This document shows positions 21,276 through 28,959 of a DNA stretch of 54,099 nt, one piece after another. The notes under the pieces were generated by a model that saw only the letters and a list, made by a program, of their open reading frames with translations, did no database searches and was not told the DNA's origin. Source of the stretch: a virus (Duplodnaviria; Caudoviricetes); the IMG/VR virus record IMGVR_UViG_3300025102_000038, positions 1 to 54,099 of that record; one strand, given 5' to 3'. Position numbers and translations under genes: made by a program. Position 1 is the first letter of the stretch. Every line of letters begins with the position of its first letter.

Positions 21276-21574
21276 TCATTATCTCCTATTTTATAATATA
21301 ATTTGTTTCCCCCATGCTTCTTTATTATATTAGGGGTGCTTAGTTTCTTGAGGTGGTCAAGCCATTTATTCTTATGTATTTTCACCTTGATATTTCCACC
21401 ACCCTCCCATATCTGTACGGTGGATAGGTAGACCCACTTCCAACCTTTGTCCACTACCCATATACAACGACTGTCACCACCTAGCACTGGTGGTGCATAT
21501 CTAATATAATATTTAGTGGCATCATCCCATCGCTTACCTATGGGTCTACCATTTTTTCTTGGTGTTTTTATCAT
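21272..21574 (-). CDS. hypothetical protein
   Basis: coupled ORF, Trp/Lys-rich. Confidence 0.6.
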   Translation of the reverse strand: MIKTPRKNGRPIGKRWDDATKYYIRYAPPVLGGDSRCIWVVDKGWKWVYLSTVQIWEGGGNIKVKIHKNKWLDHLKKLSTPNIIKKHGGNKLYYKIGDNE

Positions 21575-22007
21575 GTTTCTTTTCCCACCTGTAAAATATA
21601 TGACTGTCTATCCTAGTTGTGCGAGTCTTTGTCTTTGCCCAAGAAGGACGGACATATGTAGCATGGTAGTGTGTAGCTCCCTCTGTTAGGTCAAGGCTAA
21701 TCTTTCCATGCAAAACGATTATAGCATTTTGTAGTGCAGATGACCATTCTTTAGTGTCCTTTCTTACGTCATCTTTTTGACCATCGCAGTACCAACTGAA
21801 GCTACAGCGATGGAGTATGGGTTTATTTGTACCCTTGTGAGTGATAGCTTGCTTTACTACTTCACATACTGTATCTGGGAATCTATTGTCATCTACCCTG
21901 TTCATTACCACTTGGGCAACTGCTAGTTGACCAATCGTGGACTGTGATCTAGCTTCGTGGTATATGTTGAATGCTAGACACATGAGTGCTGTTTCTAAGA
22001 TAGCCAT
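21546..22007 (-). CDS. SleB-like cell wall hydrolase (Hydrolase_2)
   Basis: CLAFNIYHEAR, VAQVVMNRV, FSW, GATHYHA.YV.P.W, HIFY. Confidence 0.9.
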   Translation of the reverse strand: MAILETALMCLAFNIYHEARSQSTIGQLAVAQVVMNRVDDNRFPDTVCEVVKQAITHKGTNKPILHRCSFSWYCDGQKDDVRKDTKEWSSALQNAIIVLHGKISLDLTEGATHYHATYVRPSWAKTKTRTTRIDSHIFYRWEKKHDKNTKKKW

Positions 22008-22102
22008 GTGCCTACCAAAGAAAATACTATAGCTAATATAAATACAGTGATAGCGTAGCACCATGTTATGTATGCTACATCAGGTTCTTCATTCTTTTTC
22101 AT
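21995..22102 (-). CDS. small membrane peptide (35 aa)
   Basis: AGGAG RBS; MKKNEEPDVAYITWCYAITVFILAIVFSLVGTWLS. Confidence 0.5.
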   Translation of the reverse strand: MKKNEEPDVAYITWCYAITVFILAIVFSLVGTWLS

Positions 22103-22141
22103 TTGTGTAATCTCCTATGTTAGATGTGATATTATATTTGC

Positions 22142-22636
22142 TCATGCAGCCATCCACTTAGGCATGGATCTGCCTTTAGTGTAACGTGCAAACTTGAGCT
22201 TGTCTGCCTTGTAGAACTCACGATATGCCTTGATAGGAAACTGCTCGTCAGTCTTGAGGTGGTCAAGCCCACTGAAACACTGTGGATGTGGTGTCTGCCA
22301 TCCTTCTGGTATCCTAAGTCTACCTTGCCACAAAGGTATTTGATGTTTACATGCACCATGAAATTTACCATACCTATGAGTGTACTCATGTAACATAGCA
22401 CTATATAATTGATATGCAAAAATATAGTTAGCTCTGGTCTGCATAGCCCACAATGTACAGGGATGTTTTTGATGCACAGGTTTGTACAATCCCTCTAGTT
22501 CTGCATACTCAGGATCATGATGCCATAACGCTGTGCATAACATTTGTGCTTCTTCAAGTGGCATCTTTACAATGTGCTGATCACACAGCGACTTTGCAAT
22601 GTCCTCTACGTTGAACTCTATAATAAATCTATTCAT
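22142..22636 (-). CDS. pyrimidine-dimer DNA glycosylase-like protein
   Basis: CDQHIVKMPLE.AQML, HPCTLW, EY..RYGK.H, AYR.FY motifs. Confidence 0.7.
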   Translation of the reverse strand: MNRFIIEFNVEDIAKSLCDQHIVKMPLEEAQMLCTALWHHDPEYAELEGLYKPVHQKHPCTLWAMQTRANYIFAYQLYSAMLHEYTHRYGKFHGACKHQIPLWQGRLRIPEGWQTPHPQCFSGLDHLKTDEQFPIKAYREFYKADKLKFARYTKGRSMPKWMAA

Positions 22637-22722
22637 ATAAATACTCCTATGGTTGTGTTAGTTATTAATGTTATAAGTATGACAAATGCTATTGTCAATA
22701 ATAATACTTGTCCTTCAGTCAT
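22633..22722 (-). CDS. small membrane peptide (29 aa)
   Basis: MTEGQVLLLTIAFVILITLITNTTIGVFI; coupled to both neighbours. Confidence 0.45.
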   Translation of the reverse strand: MTEGQVLLLTIAFVILITLITNTTIGVFI

Positions 22723-22954
22723 CACAAAAGTTCCTCCAAAATTTACAGTTGTTAAATCGTTTACAGACACGCTCATGCTTTGCACTCTCCCAACACTCTG
22801 TCTGCCAAGGTGAGAAATACTTTCTAGCAAATCTCTCTGCCCAATCCTCTCCATCGTTTAACCATAAAGCAAGAATAGGTAAAGGTATAAGCAGTAGGAA
22901 CACAAAGAAGAAGGCAGTTCCAAAGCCTTTGTTATGATAAGGTTTGTTATCCAT
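22715..22954 (-). CDS. membrane protein with Cys-rich tail
   Basis: TM helix then four Cys; probable ATG at 22954. Confidence 0.6.
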   Translation of the reverse strand: MDNKPYHNKGFGTAFFFVFLLLIPLPILALWLNDGEDWAERFARKYFSPWQTECWESAKHERVCKRFNNCKFWRNFCDD

Positions 22955-23135
22955 ACTGCACCACCTGTCCTGTGTTCCACTTGGCTGCTTCCTTCTGTGC
23001 GTCCTCATGAGTATCAAACAGTTTGATAGGACTCTTGTCATCCCACATAGCACCACAGCCTTGTTTAACGTAGGTCAAGCCTTCCTCTTCAAAAGGCTCA
23101 AACACTACTGCGTATTGTATAAGTTTTGTTGTCAT
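22947..23135 (-). CDS. hypothetical protein
   Basis: coupled ORF with GGAG RBS. Confidence 0.6.
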   Translation of the reverse strand: MTTKLIQYAVVFEPFEEEGLTYVKQGCGAMWDDKSPIKLFDTHEDAQKEAAKWNTGQVVQYG

Positions 23136-24136
23136 GAATATACTCCTTCTAATATGTGCGAGATCACTGCACGAGTGAAGCCATTGCCGATCATCTTGTA
23201 GCGTTGGCTGTTTGATATAGGCTTGAGTTTGTGTACCCGAAACCCCATGTGTTTATCCTGCTCGACAAACTGTCCATACTCTGTCCATCCATCAGGCAAA
23301 GTCTGTAGACGCTCACATTCTAAAGGTGTTAATGCTCTCCAATGTAGCTCGTCTGTCTCTACCTTGGGCATTCGCCATCCACCTTGCATGGTAGTCAGGG
23401 TAGGACTCTTGCCTTGCCTAGAGTACACACGCTTGATGATGTCATAGCCTTTGAGGTCAGCTTCACCGACTTGCTTACAACCTTTGTGATTGAAGACTAC
23501 TTGTCTACGAGACTTCTCAAAGTACATCTTCATGCTACCACCTTTGAAGTAGTTGGCATCAATGCAGTAGGACTTGTCTCTATCTGCCATAGCACCATCT
23601 TCTAGCACATCATTGAGTACGATGCCCATGTCAGCTAACTCGTCATGTGGTGAGTTAGTTATGTAGACACGCTTTCTCTCCTGACCTGTCACCTTGCCAC
23701 TGTTGTGAGATCGCATCTGTGCATCTGGACGTATGGCACTGATACGCTTGTACCACTCATGCTTGGCTTTGGACTCGACATTCTCAAACAGATAGAACTC
23801 TGGGTTCAAACCTTCCAATGCATCATACATAACCTCAGACAAGTCACGACTATCTGAAGTGCCAAGCTGTTTACCTGCCACGCTGTAAGGCTGACAAGGG
23901 AAACCTGCGATCAGAAGAAAGACATCTCTGCCCAACAGTTCTCGCCAACCATTGGCATCGCCATGATGTATGGCATGAGGTATGTTATGTTTGGACACAG
24001 CACTAGCATACTTGTCTGTTTCGAATGTGTGATACTCGTAGTCACCATCAGGTGATACATCAATACCTGCATCAAGGCATGAGAGGTAGGCACTGTCTGT
24101 GCCACCACACAAACTAACTACTATCTTTTTCGTCAT
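23132..24136 (-). CDS. C5 cytosine DNA methyltransferase (orphan)
   Basis: GFPCQ catalytic motif, ENV, Q.R.RVY, TP.ECERLQT, YKMIGNG. Confidence 0.9.
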   Translation of the reverse strand: MTKKIVVSLCGGTDSAYLSCLDAGIDVSPDGDYEYHTFETDKYASAVSKHNIPHAIHHGDANGWRELLGRDVFLLIAGFPCQPYSVAGKQLGTSDSRDLSEVMYDALEGLNPEFYLFENVESKAKHEWYKRISAIRPDAQMRSHNSGKVTGQERKRVYITNSPHDELADMGIVLNDVLEDGAMADRDKSYCIDANYFKGGSMKMYFEKSRRQVVFNHKGCKQVGEADLKGYDIIKRVYSRQGKSPTLTTMQGGWRMPKVETDELHWRALTPLECERLQTLPDGWTEYGQFVEQDKHMGFRVHKLKPISNSQRYKMIGNGFTRAVISHILEGVYS

Positions 24137-24302
24137 TAGCACTCTCCTTTCTTAAATCGTTTATCATGTTTACCCACTTAGACATCTCTTGCTGATGCCT
24201 AAGTTGGGCTTCTTTCTCACGTTTGTCCTGCACAATCTGCGACTTCTTACGCAGGATGTGAGGATTGCGTGGCTTCCACGCTTTGATCTTCTTGTTAGCC
24301 AT
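24114..24302 (-). CDS. small basic protein
   Basis: KPRNP motif; coupled ORF. Confidence 0.55.
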   Translation of the reverse strand: MANKKIKAWKPRNPHILRKKSQIVQDKREKEAQLRHQQEMSKWVNMINDLRKESANDEKDSS

Positions 24303-24303
24303 G

Positions 24304-25161
24304 TTAAGCCACTACCAACTGCTTGAAGGTAGGTGAGTCTACCCACTTGGCAACCTCTTGCTCTCGCTTGAACAGGGTGACTTCTCTGGTATCCTTACCA
24401 GTGTTCCTGATCTTGAAGTTGTTTCTCTCGTCACCATAGGTAGCGTAGTTGGTGAAAGCACTGTACAGTGAGAATACATTCTCACCCCTAGTATGAGACT
24501 CGTCTTTGTACAAGGAGAACATTTTCTCTGCCTTCTTCTCAGAAGGTATTATCTTGGACAAGATACTTGGCACATCAAGACTAGCAAGATTTATCTTGCC
24601 CCAAGTATTGAGCCTACCCATACGATCAGAGAAGTCTGTGTACCCATCGTATAGTCTCTTCTCCAGACCACCGATGGTAAAGTTAGAAGTGTTCTTACAC
24701 TTCGTCATGTCATACTCACCTGTGATCATACCATTGGTGCAGAAGAAGTCGATAGCACCAAAGTAAATCAGATTACCACATGTACCATCCACACCATGCA
24801 ACGCAATGATACGATAGCCTGTCTTGGTCTTGTGACCATTGTTGGTAACGATATCATAAGTCACATTAGGTAATGTGATATCCATTCGTAGCCAACCACC
24901 ACCATGAGCAGATCGGAAGGCTACAGTCATACCTTCTAGCTGTTCGGGTGTATGGTTGTCACGGACAACCTTGTAGACAGAAGAGCAGAATGCTCTGTGT
25001 CCTGCAGGGCTAAAGCCCTTGCCCATATGAGCAATGACATCGCCAGTCACAGGGTTGACCACAAACTTGTGACCTTCCATCCGTGACTTCTCGTACTGAG
25101 GTACGAAATCACAGATCTCTGGAAGTTGTTGGATTGTGTTAGGTGTAAAATCTAAAGCCAT
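24304..25161 (-). CDS. DUF932-like early protein
   Basis: H..DG....,FFCTNGM, YSAFTNYAT motifs; GAAAGGAG RBS. Confidence 0.75.
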   Translation of the reverse strand: MALDFTPNTIQQLPEICDFVPQYEKSRMEGHKFVVNPVTGDVIAHMGKGFSPAGHRAFCSSVYKVVRDNHTPEQLEGMTVAFRSAHGGGWLRMDITLPNVTYDIVTNNGHKTKTGYRIIALHGVDGTCGNLIYFGAIDFFCTNGMITGEYDMTKCKNTSNFTIGGLEKRLYDGYTDFSDRMGRLNTWGKINLASLDVPSILSKIIPSEKKAEKMFSLYKDESHTRGENVFSLYSAFTNYATYGDERNNFKIRNTGKDTREVTLFKREQEVAKWVDSPTFKQLVVA

Positions 25162-25181
25162 AATTGACTCCTTTCTCTTGG

Positions 25182-25421
25182 TTAATGATAAGTTGGCATC
25201 TCAGGATGCTGTTCATAGACATAGCCTACGTCTGGCTCTGAGTCAAGTAGATACTCTTTTACAAAGAGAAACTCTACCTTGGCATCAGGATAGCAAGACC
25301 TAGTTACGTCCAATGCGTAGTTAATTGCAGATGAACTGTCCATAATGGTGGGGTACGAGTAAGACACTCGCACCACACCCTTCTGTTCATCTACGGATAC
25401 AAAGACCTCGTAGTGGATCAT
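25182..25421 (-). CDS. hypothetical protein
   Basis: 79-aa ORF in early operon. Confidence 0.6.
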   Translation of the reverse strand: MIHYEVFVSVDEQKGVVRVSYSYPTIMDSSSAINYALDVTRSCYPDAKVEFLFVKEYLLDSEPDVGYVYEQHPEMPTYH

Positions 25422-25423
25422 TG

Positions 25424-25738
25424 TTAGGCTACCTTCTTCTGGATGAGGAAGGACTTGATTGGCACATATTGTGCCACTCTTCGCTTGCCCTTTCTATCGT
25501 AGGCATGGAAGCAAGAGTAACTCTTGCCAAAGTTCAAGCGAACCAAAGGTTCACCTGACTTGCCACCTTTACCCTTACGGATAAACCATCCTGTCTCTTG
25601 GACTTTGTCATTCCTGTAGATGACAGGCTTGTAGCCTTGTAGCTTCAGCTTGATTGCTGTAGCAATAATTTTGATGGCAGTGAAACCACCAGAGATTTTT
25701 GTGCCTTTTGGCAAGTTGTCAAAGTTAAATGTAAGCAT
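25424..25738 (-). CDS. basic hypothetical early protein
   Basis: GAAAGGAG RBS; 104 aa. Confidence 0.7.
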   Translation of the reverse strand: MLTFNFDNLPKGTKISGGFTAIKIIATAIKLKLQGYKPVIYRNDKVQETGWFIRKGKGGKSGEPLVRLNFGKSYSCFHAYDRKGKRRVAQYVPIKSFLIQKKVA

Positions 25739-25763
25739 GGTAATGCTCCTTTCTGTGTTGTGT

Positions 25764-25782
25764 CTCCCAACAATGTCGGGAA
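25764..25782. repeat. near-palindromic element copy 1 (TCCCAACAATGTCGGGA)
   Basis: five copies in the same orientation within 25.7-28.9 kb. Confidence 0.9.
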
Positions 25783-25800
25783 ACGTTGGGTTTATGTACC

Positions 25801-25847
25801 ACAGTTATATAGTACTTTCACTAAAGTTCAAGTACTATATTAACTGT
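25801..25847. promoter_or_regulatory. long hairpin with loop TCACTAAAGTTC
   Basis: stem TATAGTACTT/AAGTACTATA plus outer ACAGTTA/TAACTGT. Confidence 0.75.
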
Positions 25848-26244
25848 ATACTCTAATGAGAGGTCTTCCCTCTCTTATCATGAGCTTGACCATCGTCATG
25901 TCATTGCCCACTGTCTCACCTGTATCTTCGTAGACAAAGGTGGTGTTCTTGTATGGATTGTACGTCACATTTCTCCACGTTTTACCTGAGTAGTAGTAAT
26001 CGTCCCACTCTTCAGCCGTAAACTTGTAGGGTCTATACCCTACAGCAAAGGCATGGACATTCTTCTTGCCCTCTTCAATGACACGCTTACGTCCCCCTTG
26101 TCTTACGACAAAGCTAGGGTTGGTAAGAAATACGTCATTGGTTCGGTCAATCACACGGTTAGTCTTGTAGTCCTGTAAGGAATACATACCCTTGTGAATA
26201 TTCCAATATGCTCTTACGAATTGATCATACATAGTCACCTCCAA
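25840..26244 (-). CDS. conserved phage hypothetical protein
   Basis: YWN.HK..YS, FVVRQGGRKRV..EGKKNVHAF, VTYNPY motifs. Confidence 0.75.
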   Translation of the reverse strand: MEVTMYDQFVRAYWNIHKGMYSLQDYKTNRVIDRTNDVFLTNPSFVVRQGGRKRVIEEGKKNVHAFAVGYRPYKFTAEEWDDYYYSGKTWRNVTYNPYKNTTFVYEDTGETVGNDMTMVKLMIREGRPLIRVYS

Positions 26245-26521
26245 AAGTTATAGTTGTTTCTCTCAAGCTACTATAAGTAGCTCCTACTGGTACAATTACC
26301 TTGTGTCCTTCAGACCATAGGTGTTCACCTATAGACTTCCAAGCTTCTTCCAGATAATAGTCAAGATCTGTATAGAATATACAGAGAGGATACTGCTTAA
26401 CTTTGTTAAGCCTTGTTGTACCTTCATCATAGGCATAGATATCATATGCCCACTTCTTTGCTATATAGGACAAAGACCTACTATGATCAAGAGGTAATTC
26501 GTCTTGAAATACTATCATCAT
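26225..26521 (-). CDS. hypothetical protein
   Basis: AAGGAGTAGC-ATG junction. Confidence 0.65.
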   Translation of the reverse strand: MMIVFQDELPLDHSRSLSYIAKKWAYDIYAYDEGTTRLNKVKQYPLCIFYTDLDYYLEEAWKSIGEHLWSEGHKVIVPVGATYSSLRETTITFGGDYV

Positions 26522-26522
26522 G

Positions 26523-26663
26523 CTACTCCTTTGCGTCTATGGAATCTTCAAGAACTTGTTTAAGTTCTAGTAGAACAGCTAAAGTAAACTCATCTCTGAT
26601 GAGATACTTTACCTCATGTATTTTATTTTTCTGCACAATAATTTTATCTTCATTGTCCATCAT
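26523..26663 (-). CDS. hypothetical protein (46 aa)
   Basis: GAAAGGAGTAGC-ATG junction; MMDNEDKIIVQKNK... Confidence 0.6.
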   Translation of the reverse strand: MMDNEDKIIVQKNKIHEVKYLIRDEFTLAVLLELKQVLEDSIDAKE

Positions 26664-26664
26664 G

Positions 26665-26823
26665 CTACTCCTTTCTGCTTGAGTTTATTTCTATTTCAGT
26701 TAAAAGATACTCTTGTTCAGTTATATAAGAATAACTTTCAAGAAACTCTTCCTTCGATAGTTGATGAAAATCAACCATCTTTTCTGCATCATCAGAAAAA
26801 TCTTTGTATTCAACGTCAGTCAT
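26665..26823 (-). CDS. small acidic protein (52 aa)
   Basis: GAAAGGAG RBS; MTDVEYKDFSDDAEKMVDF...EEFLESYSYITEQEY. Confidence 0.65.
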   Translation of the reverse strand: MTDVEYKDFSDDAEKMVDFHQLSKEEFLESYSYITEQEYLLTEIEINSSRKE

Positions 26824-26904
26824 TATGCTACTCCTTTCTGACGTAGTCTAAGTTTACGGACAAGCCTTCTCTCTCTAAGAGAGTTGTGCTTATCCCTTCT
26901 GTCA

Positions 26905-26923
26905 TTCCCAACATTGTCGGGAA
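26905..26923. repeat. near-palindromic element copy 2 (TTCCCAACATTGTCGGGAA)
   Basis: identical to copy at 27754. Confidence 0.9.
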
Positions 26924-26970
26924 ACACTTTCCTCTTCTTGGAAGAGGAAGCATTCTTTTGAAAGTTAATA

Positions 26971-27732
26971 TTACTTTGTGTCATTTGCTATCTCCGATGC
27001 TTTAGCTTTTCTGTTACCATGTGCAGGGAAACCAATAATGGTTTCTCTGTGAGACATAGCACAGAGTTTACATTTAGCACAGTCCATATCGTCCCGATAT
27101 GTAGCAGGACAGACTGTGACCTTCTTCCCCTTCGGGGTCTTGATGTTCCACAGATCAACTCTTGATCTGTACTCATCATAAGTCTCTGACCAGACACCTT
27201 TCTTGACATGCTTTCTTTCGTAGAAAGATGGCATGACAGCAGTGACTGGAGCAGGTTTGTGTCCAAAGGACACAAGTTCTGCCAAGTCATCAGCATGAGA
27301 CATGCTGTTACCTGACAAGTTAATGACAAAGCTTGCTTGTTTGTTACAGACCATGACTATCAGTCTATTCATAGGATCTGACATGTCATGATGAGTATAA
27401 GTGAAGCCTTTCTTGCCACCAAGTCTACAAGCTTCTTCAAGCTTGAAGACCTTATCAGCATCAATCTCCCCATTCTTATGGGGAAGATCTCCTGCTTGAT
27501 TATGTCTCCACAAAGCTGTGGCTTTGTCCTGTACTGTCTGACAAAAGTCATCCCAGTCAAGACCAATGTCTGGAACTCTGTTCCAGTGTCCCTTCAAAGG
27601 GTAGCCATCTGCATAGCAACCCTTTCTTCTTAGAGGACAAGAGGTAGGACAAGAGTCCTCTTCAGTCGTACTGACTGAAATCTCACCAGTCTTGATATTC
27701 GATGACTTCAAAGTCAAGTGAACTTTACTCAT
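26971..27732 (-). CDS. Cys-rich early protein (Gp88-like, possible metal/Fe-S binding)
   Basis: CPTSCP....CYA, RHNQAGD, FTYTH, INLS, CPA.....C..C.LC, FPAHG. Confidence 0.7.
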   Translation of the reverse strand: MSKVHLTLKSSNIKTGEISVSTTEEDSCPTSCPLRRKGCYADGYPLKGHWNRVPDIGLDWDDFCQTVQDKATALWRHNQAGDLPHKNGEIDADKVFKLEEACRLGGKKGFTYTHHDMSDPMNRLIVMVCNKQASFVINLSGNSMSHADDLAELVSFGHKPAPVTAVMPSFYERKHVKKGVWSETYDEYRSRVDLWNIKTPKGKKVTVCPATYRDDMDCAKCKLCAMSHRETIIGFPAHGNRKAKASEIANDTK

Positions 27733-27753
27733 TTTAAACTCCGTTTAAGTTGC

Positions 27754-27772
27754 TTCCCAACATTGTCGGGAA
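27754..27772. repeat. near-palindromic element copy 3
   Basis: TTCCCAACATTGTCGGGAA, about 21 nt upstream of ATG 27732. Confidence 0.9.
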
Positions 27773-27799
27773 TGGTTTCGGTTTGGTCGGCACTAAAGT

Positions 27800-27863
27800 C
27801 TATAACACTAATAGAAATATAACACCTTCACTAAAGTTCAGGTGTTATATTTCTGTGTTATAG
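27800..27863. promoter_or_regulatory. long hairpin with loop TCACTAAAGTTC
   Basis: 15-bp stem AGAAATATAACACCT/AGGTGTTATATTTCT plus outer CTATAACAC/GTGTTATAG. Confidence 0.8.
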
Positions 27864-27886
27864 TCTAAGTCTCTTCGGCAATCAAG

Positions 27887-27967
27887 TCATAGTCTGAATC
27901 CCCCACTAAGCCAATAGCAATAAAAAAAGACTAGCATAAATGCTAGTATCAAAAGTAAACAAGTCAT
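27887..27967 (-). CDS. putative 26-aa membrane peptide
   Basis: GGAG RBS; MTCLLLILAFMLVFFYCYWLSGGFRL. Confidence 0.4.
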   Translation of the reverse strand: MTCLLLILAFMLVFFYCYWLSGGFRL

Positions 27968-28040
27968 AGTTTAATCTCCGATTAAAAGGGTTGAAACAAA
28001 AAAAAGAGCATAGCACCTTAGTGCTATACTCTTTAGGTGA

Positions 28041-28775
28041 AAGGTAGCTTACGCTACCTTCCTCTTCTTCTGAGAAACCTTTGGTTTCTCTTGTGAAGCA
28101 TGGTGCAACTCTATGAGTTGCAGTATAACCTCTTCGAGGTTAAGTTGCTTCTTAGAAGCAAGTTCAGCAGTGAACTGAGCCAAACCCTTGGGGTTTGTAG
28201 GGACTTTAACCTTGGTTAACTTCTTTACAGAAGTTACCTCATTCCCAACATTGTCGGGATTGACCTCAACCTTTGGTTGAGACTGAGAAGTCGTAGACTT
28301 CTTCTTGGAAGCCTTTGGCTTCTTCCTTGTTGAGAAGTCACCGACTTCTTCAACAAATGCTCTTTTCATCGCTGAAAGCGATGTAAAGCCAAGGGATTGT
28401 TTTCCACTAGTGAGAACTCTGTTCTCAAGCCAAGCAGTGATTTGATCATGGTTCTTATAGAACCATAATGTTTCACTTCTCCTCTGAGAAGTGAGTTTGT
28501 TCAGAGAACACTCTTCCAATCTCTGATTGGAGATCCTGCCGTATTTGCTTTCCAAGCAAAGCTCATCGATCAGCTTACCAGTTTGGTAAGCTAGTCCACC
28601 AGACTGAGTATCAGTCTTGTGAAGCTTGGAATGCTCTAACAGAAACTGAGCAGTTTCTGAAGCAATGACAGCTCCCCTAGCTTCAAAAGTACCACTGTAC
28701 TTTTGGAAAGCTTGAGGTTTCTTAGAAACCTTAGGAGCAACTTTAGTTGCTTTAGCAGAGTTGCTCTTTAGAGCA
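28041..28775. repeat. tandem array of short inverted repeats inside coding sequence
   Basis: 28 hairpins (5-9 bp stems, 2-4 nt loops) read directly from the sequence. Confidence 0.92.
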
Positions 28776-28804
28776 GTTACGAGTTTGGATTTTGTGTTTG
28801 GCAT
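28049..28804 (-). CDS. first early gene, Lys/Ser-rich protein of unknown function
   Basis: 251-aa ORF with GAAGGAGG RBS. Confidence 0.75.
   Translation of the reverse strand: MPNTKSKLVTALKSNSAKATKVAPKVSKKPQAFQKYSGTFEARGAVIASETAQFLLEHSKLHKTDTQSGGLAYQTGKLIDELCLESKYGRISNQRLEECSLNKLTSQRRSETLWFYKNHDQITAWLENRVLTSGKQSLGFTSLSAMKRAFVEEVGDFSTRKKPKASKKKSTTSQSQPKVEVNPDNVGNEVTSVKKLTKVKVPTNPKGLAQFTAELASKKQLNLEEVILQLIELHHASQEKPKVSQKKRKVA
28243..28259. repeat. near-palindromic element copy 4 (intragenic)
   Basis: TCCCAACATTGTCGGGA. Confidence 0.9.
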
Positions 28805-28878
28805 TTTGCCCTCCTTCTATTAATTGGTTAACACATTTGTAAACAAATGTTGTGTTAACCAATTACTAGGGTTGCCGA

Positions 28879-28896
28879 TCCCAACAATGTCGGGAA
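28879..28896. repeat. near-palindromic element copy 5
   Basis: TCCCAACAATGTCGGGAA upstream of first early gene. Confidence 0.9.
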
Positions 28897-28959
28897 TGGA
28901 TCATACCCCCTTGGGGTATGTTTTTGGATGACCAAAGAATGACCATAGGCTTTAGCCTA

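Noticed and set aside
28041-28775. Hairpins as intrinsic terminators or REP/MITE elements
   Set aside because: They lack U-tracts, differ in sequence from one another, and lie within an intact ORF
25764-28896. CRISPR array interpretation of the palindromic repeat
   Set aside because: Copies are only 17-19 bp and spaced irregularly by 0.5-1.1 kb of coding DNA; no cas operon
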